Part shown: positions 59,057-64,000 of the stretch, one piece after another
Position numbering within the stretch: position 1 is the stretch's first letter
Layout: the number at the start of each line of letters is the position of its first letter
Virus record (IMG/VR): IMGVR_UViG_2547132035_000002
DNA length: 64,000 nt
Reading direction: 5' to 3' (one strand)
From: a virus
Lineage: Duplodnaviria > Heunggongvirae > Uroviricota > Caudoviricetes
Position numbers and translations under genes: made by a program
Notes under the pieces: model-generated
Told to the model about the DNA's origin: nothing
The model's input: the letters and a program-made list of their open reading frames with translations, nothing else
The model's database searches: none

Positions 59057-61243
59057 CTACCTCTTATCAAAATCAAATTCAACTTTTTGTGTTGATTTAT
59101 TGATTTTAAGTTTTGCTTCAAAATCCTTTCCAGTTTTGTCACTATAAAAGCCTTTTAATTTTCCAGTATAGCCTTTATGAATTAATGTTTCGGCTGTTCT
59201 TTTACTAATTTTCTTGCCTTTAATTTCTTTCCAAATAGAGAATTTACATCCCTCCTTGTATCCTGTGCAGTAAAAGCTTTTGCTGTTTTCTCTCATTGGT
59301 TTTCCACAGATTGGACAATTCCCCAAAGAATCTAATGAATGAGTGTCTTTTGAAGGAGTTTTGATAGACGATGAGACAATACTTGTTTTAGGCGAGGATA
59401 AAGCAACTTTGATAAGTTCATCTAATTGATTATTAACTGAATTCATAAAGTTATGAAAGGATAATGTTCCTTTTTCAACTTCAGATAATTGACTTTCTAA
59501 ATCAGCAGTCATTTGAGGAGATTTTAGAGGGGATTCTGGAAGAATTTCCATCCATTGCATAAGCTTATCAGTTGGATAGATAGTTTTTCCTTTTTTGATA
59601 ATAAAGCCACTTTTATAAAGGTTTTTAATGATTTCATTTCTAGTAGCACCTGTACCAATTCCTTTGGATTTTTTTAGTATAGTCTTTGATGAGGAATCCT
59701 CAACATATCTTGCTGCATTCTCCATAGCATTTAAGAGAGTTGCTTCAGTAAACCTTGAAGGTGGTTTTGTTGTTTTCCTTTCAAGTAATGAATTGACATA
59801 AGGATAGGTTTTTCTGTCAGTAATGGCTGGTAGATAAGTGTCACGAGGTACGCCTAGCACTTTCATCCATGATGGTTCAACAATGATTTTTCCAGAGTTT
59901 GAGAAAGTATAGTCTTTTTCACTATAGGAAATAACAGTTGCTACTTTTGTTTCTTCTATAATAGCTTCAGGATAAAATCCCTGTAAAAATCTTCTTACAA
60001 TCAGCTCATAAACATTTCTTTCATCATGAGATAATTTTGATAAGGTTGCTTTTGGATTCCCTTCATATGTAGGCGTGATAGCTTCATGGGGCATTTCTCC
60101 CTCACTAAAATTAATAAGATGCTTTTGGAATGTCATATGTTTTGACTTAATCTCATCAATAATCTCATCAACAAGACCTACCCCCTCAAGGCTGTTGACT
60201 ATTTTCATAACCTCTTTGGATGCAGATATAGAAATCTGTTGGATTTCTGTACGCGGATATGTTGTTAAGGCATAGTCCTGATAAAGTTTTTGAAGAATTT
60301 CTGTTGTTTTTTCAGCGGATAAGCCTAATTTATTATTTGCATCCATAAGAATATCATTTGTCTTGTATAGTTTAGGCCCCTTTTTTGAAACCTTATGAAC
60401 ATCTTTTAAAATCTCATATTGATAGGAAGGCAAGACCTCTAATAATCCTGATGATTCTTTTGTGTCTAACTTATGACTCAAGAGAGTCATTGCTTCTGCT
60501 TCATCAGACCCAGTTTGGAGTTGGATGATATGATAATTTTCAGGTTTGAAGTTCATGATAGTTTTTTCCAGAGTTCCTACTAAATAGCGAGTAGGAGACT
60601 GAACACGACCCTCATTAATCACATTTTTATAACCACCAAAGCAGACAGTATGCACTCTAGTACCTGTCATACCAATAAGATAATCAGATTGTAATCTTGC
60701 TAAGCCTGCATCGGCAAGGTTCTGATAAGCCTTATTGTCTTTTCTGCCATGAAAAGCTTTTATAAGTGATGCTTCTGTCCATTCATTAATCCAAATACGT
60801 GTAACAGGAACATTTATTTTTAGATTTCTTGCAATCAGCTCCCATATTAACTGTCCTTCTCTATCTGGGTCTGTTGCAACAATGATTTCATCAATATCTT
60901 TTCTTTTAACAAGTTCTTTTAGACAATAAAATGACTGAGCATATTGCTTATTTATCTTAATAGGAATAATTTCAGGGATATCTAGTTTTTTAGCGTCCCA
61001 TTTTTTATTGTTCATACTAATTTCTTCAGGATTTTTTGCCTGAAACAAATGTCCATTAGCAGCTGCAAATATATAATCCTTTCCTTCATAGTAATATACA
61101 TATGGTTTGGCATAGCAAATACTCTTGGCATGAGAATCCAAAGCGTGAACAAATTCTCTCATAACATTAGGCTTTTCAGCAATAATAAGTTTCTTTATAG
61201 GAATAACCTCCAAGAAGAGGAAGATTGTTAAAAAACACCTCAT
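59057..61243 (-). CDS. topB: type IA DNA topoisomerase (topoisomerase III-like) with C-terminal zinc ribbons
   Basis: Toprim LIIAEKPNV, VATDPDREGQLI and GRVQSPT; C-terminal CPICGKP...C..C zinc ribbons. Confidence 0.8.
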   Translation of the reverse strand: MRCFLTIFLFLEVIPIKKLIIAEKPNVMREFVHALDSHAKSICYAKPYVYYYEGKDYIFAAANGHLFQAKNPEEISMNNKKWDAKKLDIPEIIPIKINKQYAQSFYCLKELVKRKDIDEIIVATDPDREGQLIWELIARNLKINVPVTRIWINEWTEASLIKAFHGRKDNKAYQNLADAGLARLQSDYLIGMTGTRVHTVCFGGYKNVINEGRVQSPTRYLVGTLEKTIMNFKPENYHIIQLQTGSDEAEAMTLLSHKLDTKESSGLLEVLPSYQYEILKDVHKVSKKGPKLYKTNDILMDANNKLGLSAEKTTEILQKLYQDYALTTYPRTEIQQISISASKEVMKIVNSLEGVGLVDEIIDEIKSKHMTFQKHLINFSEGEMPHEAITPTYEGNPKATLSKLSHDERNVYELIVRRFLQGFYPEAIIEETKVATVISYSEKDYTFSNSGKIIVEPSWMKVLGVPRDTYLPAITDRKTYPYVNSLLERKTTKPPSRFTEATLLNAMENAARYVEDSSSKTILKKSKGIGTGATRNEIIKNLYKSGFIIKKGKTIYPTDKLMQWMEILPESPLKSPQMTADLESQLSEVEKGTLSFHNFMNSVNNQLDELIKVALSSPKTSIVSSSIKTPSKDTHSLDSLGNCPICGKPMRENSKSFYCTGYKEGCKFSIWKEIKGKKISKRTAETLIHKGYTGKLKGFYSDKTGKDFEAKLKINKSTQKVEFDFDKR

Positions 61244-61357
61244 TCTACCAACGAATTATAACATATAAAGTAAAATTAGTCAATGAATAGATAGGGAAGA
61301 TATTTCTTAAATGTCTATTTCCATGATAAAATAAGAATTGTAAAGATTTTACGGAGG

Positions 61358-61822
61358 TTGATAATGGAGAATTATATATTTAATGGGAAGTTTACTTTTA
61401 TGAATGGAGAATGCACTTGCGAGTGTGAATACGAGAACTCTTTAGGAATAATGCTAGGTATTATAGATGTTCATAATCTTTTAAAAAACAAGTTAAACGA
61501 TGATGAACATCTGAAAAATTGTTTTGATGATATTGAAAATGTATTGACATTTATCGAAGAGCATAGAGAAGATATTAGTAAGGAATTATTGGATAATGAA
61601 AATGGAGATTATCGAGAATTTATGCTCAAGGAATCTATAAGGAATAAAAGTGGAGATATATCAGCTCGTGATTATTCATCAGATAACTCTTTAAGTGCAG
61701 AAGAATACTTTGAGATTATCAGAAAGTTGATAGAATTGTTAAAAAAAGAACTTCCTAATAGCGATTTAACACTTGTTGTTCAAATGATAAAGGATTTTGA
61801 GGACGATGTGAAAGATTTCTAG
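61358..61822 (+). CDS. hypothetical acidic protein
   Basis: 154-aa ORF with RBS ggaggttg. Confidence 0.45.
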   Translation: MIMENYIFNGKFTFMNGECTCECEYENSLGIMLGIIDVHNLLKNKLNDDEHLKNCFDDIENVLTFIEEHREDISKELLDNENGDYREFMLKESIRNKSGDISARDYSSDNSLSAEEYFEIIRKLIELLKKELPNSDLTLVVQMIKDFEDDVKDF

Positions 61823-61963
61823 GCATGAAATATAAAATTTTTAGATATATGGTAAAATAGATGTATAGATATTCCGATAAGCAAGAACTGTAACAGAATA
61901 AAGTTACAGTTTTTTTGCTATTAGGCGAAAGAGAAGAAAGGATATAAAAAGGAGGCAGATAAA

Positions 61964-62203
61964 TTGAATAAAATTGTATATGCATATTATCATTCCATTT
62001 ATAATCGTGGAAAAATCAATATAAAATCTATTTGTAAGGTTGATTTGGATAAGCAAGAGGTTTTTGATATTGAAGGAGGTGAGCTTCCACAAGGAATCAT
62101 TTCTCTTGATGAAGAGTATGTAGTGATGTTAAATGGAGAAAAGAAGGAAGTTGTTATTCATAAAGAGGACATGACTGATAAGAGTTTATTATTGGGATTT
62201 TAG
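61964..62203 (+). CDS. hypothetical protein
   Basis: 79-aa ORF with RBS aaaaggagg. Confidence 0.4.
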   Translation: MNKIVYAYYHSIYNRGKINIKSICKVDLDKQEVFDIEGGELPQGIISLDEEYVVMLNGEKKEVVIHKEDMTDKSLLLGF

Positions 62204-62215
62204 GAGGAAAGAAAA

Positions 62216-62578
62216 ATGGCAAAAGTAGTTATAGCAGGACCAAGAAATTTTACAAATAAAGAATTTATCTTTTCAAAACTTTTAGAATTAGAGATTTTAT
62301 ATCATGATGGCAAAGATTGGACTGAGATTGTTGAAGGTGGAGCAAAAGGTGTTGATACGATTGCTAAACAATATGCAGAGGAGTTTTCTTATCCATTGAA
62401 AGAATTTCCAGCAGACTGGGATAAATACGGAAAATCTGCAGGACCACTGCGTAATCAGCAGATGGCAGAATATAGTGATGTCTTAATTGCGTTCTATAAT
62501 GGAAGCAGAGGGACATCCAATATAATTAAGCAGGCAATGCAGCATGGACTAACAATCCATATAATACCAATTCAATAA
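62216..62578 (+). CDS. SLOG/DprA-LOG-like Rossmann protein (DUF2493-like)
   Basis: EGGAKGVDTIA and LIAFYNGSRGTSN resemble the LOG/DprA nucleotide-binding motifs. Confidence 0.4.
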   Translation: MAKVVIAGPRNFTNKEFIFSKLLELEILYHDGKDWTEIVEGGAKGVDTIAKQYAEEFSYPLKEFPADWDKYGKSAGPLRNQQMAEYSDVLIAFYNGSRGTSNIIKQAMQHGLTIHIIPIQ

Positions 62579-62651
62579 TTACCTCATTATATGATAAAAT
62601 ATATATGTAATATATACGAATGGAGTCGTTTCAGATGAAGCGATTCTTTTT

Positions 62652-62996
62652 TTGTTTAGAGAGGAGGAATACATTATGAAAAAGTATATTGCGTTATTAA
62701 AGTCAGATTATTTAAGAGATACACAGATTTATTGTGGAAGTATGGATTCCAATGATAATTCGGAAGATGACAATTGGAATGATTTTATTCCTAATCATTT
62801 TATTGGTATCTATGAATCAGAGTCATTATCTGATGCAATAAAATGGGCTGCAAAAGATTCTTCATTTCATGAGAATATGATTGAGGCTATTGAGGTGCGA
62901 GTCATCAAAACGGATTCTCAAAATCATTATCCCATAACAGGACAAACAAATATTTATGACTATTTAGATGAAAAGGAGGAAATGAAATATGCTTGA
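62652..62996 (+). CDS. hypothetical acidic protein
   Basis: 114-aa ORF. Confidence 0.4.
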   Translation: MFREEEYIMKKYIALLKSDYLRDTQIYCGSMDSNDNSEDDNWNDFIPNHFIGIYESESLSDAIKWAAKDSSFHENMIEAIEVRVIKTDSQNHYPITGQTNIYDYLDEKEEMKYA

Positions 62997-63297
62997 AGCA
63001 ACAAGAGAAGAACTGGAAGTTTTAAAGGCTGCCACTTTGGTGTTAAATCATTTGGGAAAAGACGAATTAGATAGTGAAAGACCTTATAAAATTCACTGTT
63101 TAGCAAAAAATGCTTTAGAAGAAGTTATACAAGGCAATGGTGCAAAGAAATTATTTATTACAAATGACGATGAAGGTAATGGTTATCATGGATTGTTTTA
63201 CATGATTGACAGCAATCCCGATGAGCTAGAGGCACTAAGAATGGATAGTTACTGCTTTGATAATGTACCAAATGAAGAAATAGCCTTATTGGGATAA
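62989..63297 (+). CDS. hypothetical protein
   Basis: 102-aa ORF overlapping the upstream stop. Confidence 0.4.
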   Translation: MLEATREELEVLKAATLVLNHLGKDELDSERPYKIHCLAKNALEEVIQGNGAKKLFITNDDEGNGYHGLFYMIDSNPDELEALRMDSYCFDNVPNEEIALLG

Positions 63298-63307
63298 AGG
63301 AGAGAAT

Positions 63308-64000
63308 ATGAAAAAGAAAATTAAATTACTGACACACAACGATTTAGATGGCGTTGGATGTTATATTGTAGCAAAAATACTACTTGCTCATCAGCATCAT
63401 TATGGTGTTGATGTAACATATTGTACACATTCCAATATTCAGGAAATGATGTCAGAGACTATATTAAAAGGAGATGATTATGAGCATATCTACATGACTG
63501 ATATTGTTGTCTATGATGATTATATTCAGCAGTTTTTCACACCTGAGGTTGTAGAAAAAACAACAATCATTGACCATCATAAAAGTGCATTAGACTTAAA
63601 CAAATATGATTTTGCACACATTTGTATACAGAGAGATGATAAACTCATGTCAGGGACATACTTATTTTATCAATATCTTAAGAAAACCTATGAATTTAAA
63701 TTACAGCTTGATATCTTTAATAAGCTAGAACGTTTTGTTGAAGCAGTTCGTTCTTATGATACATGGGACTGGAGCAAATATAATAATCTCTTAGCAAAAG
63801 ATATTAACGATTTGTTATATATAAAAGGTATTAAGAATTTTGCTGAAGATATGATTGAGATACTTCTTGATACAAGCGATAACTTATTATTGCGCGAAAC
63901 TGATTGTGTTTTACTGACATCGGAGCGTCATAGAATAAGTAACTACATAAAAGCAAAGGAAAAGGATATATTTGAATTACAGCTATATGAATATCATTTG
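63308..64000 (+). CDS. DHH-family phosphoesterase (NrnA/RecJ-like), 3' end beyond the window
   Basis: LLTHNDLDGVGC (motif I), TDIVV and IIDHH (the DHH motif); RBS aaggagag; open to the window end. Confidence 0.6.
   Translation, partial: MKKKIKLLTHNDLDGVGCYIVAKILLAHQHHYGVDVTYCTHSNIQEMMSETILKGDDYEHIYMTDIVVYDDYIQQFFTPEVVEKTTIIDHHKSALDLNKYDFAHICIQRDDKLMSGTYLFYQYLKKTYEFKLQLDIFNKLERFVEAVRSYDTWDWSKYNNLLAKDINDLLYIKGIKNFAEDMIEILLDTSDNLLLRETDCVLLTSERHRISNYIKAKEKDIFELQLYEYHL

Noticed and set aside
1-64000. Calling the element a prophage or phage outright
   Set aside because: No capsid, portal, terminase, tail, holin or lysin genes are present in these 64 kb. The tRNA array and replication genes fit a jumbo phage but equally fit a megaplasmid, so the classification is left open.

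Overview
The window is low-GC (about 30%), Firmicutes-like DNA and looks like part of a large mobile replicon (megaplasmid, phage-plasmid or jumbo-phage-like element) rather than core chromosome. No capsid, terminase or tail genes are visible here, so a phage origin cannot be claimed from this window alone.

Main content, in order:
- 1-13.1 kb, minus strand: a replication/recombination module. It holds a dnaE (Pol III alpha) gene split by a ~670-bp insertion that has the hallmarks of a group I intron, then a RadC-like JAB protein, a truncated ClpC-like AAA+ protein, RecJ, a HAD nucleotidase, a RecD2-like helicase, and parB-parA.
- 13.1-15.5 kb: a 2.4-kb repeat-rich non-coding region with nested long inverted repeats, polypyrimidine/polypurine tracts and copies of a 14-bp palindromic GGGYTAnYTARCCC motif. 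It is the best candidate for an origin or centromere.
- 15.5-26.8 kb: a DnaQ-like exonuclease, a tandem SpoVG-like protein, a RuvC-like resolvase, a PP2C phosphatase, a SpoVS-like protein and a RepA_N replication initiator.
- 26.9-30.9 kb: a dense array of about 24 tRNA genes driven by a consensus promoter. Four tRNAs carry C33 instead of U33, two elements are tRNA-like but non-canonical, and one is a bare 3' tRNA fragment.
- 31-47 kb, accessory genes: flotillin, an HD-GYP protein, a tRNA-His (minus strand), a TerD-like protein, a zinc-ribbon-less Sir2, a Y-family polymerase and a nucleotidyltransferase-like protein.
- 48-54 kb: an XRE regulator followed by an AAA+ MoxR/CobS-like ATPase, a vWA protein carrying an HExxH motif, a second DEDDh exonuclease and a NYN/PIN-like protein.
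- 54.7-64 kb: a host-like membrane/maintenance block (prepilin peptidase, FtsH, signal peptidase I, metallophosphoesterase, a topoisomerase IA/III-like enzyme) and a DHH phosphoesterase cut off by the window end.

A strongly conserved promoter family (TTGACTA-N7-ATTATATGTTATAAT) recurs at least four times. A roughly 170-240-bp element encoding a small Cys/His-rich protein occurs twice.

All calls come from reading the sequence and motifs by eye; no database search was run.
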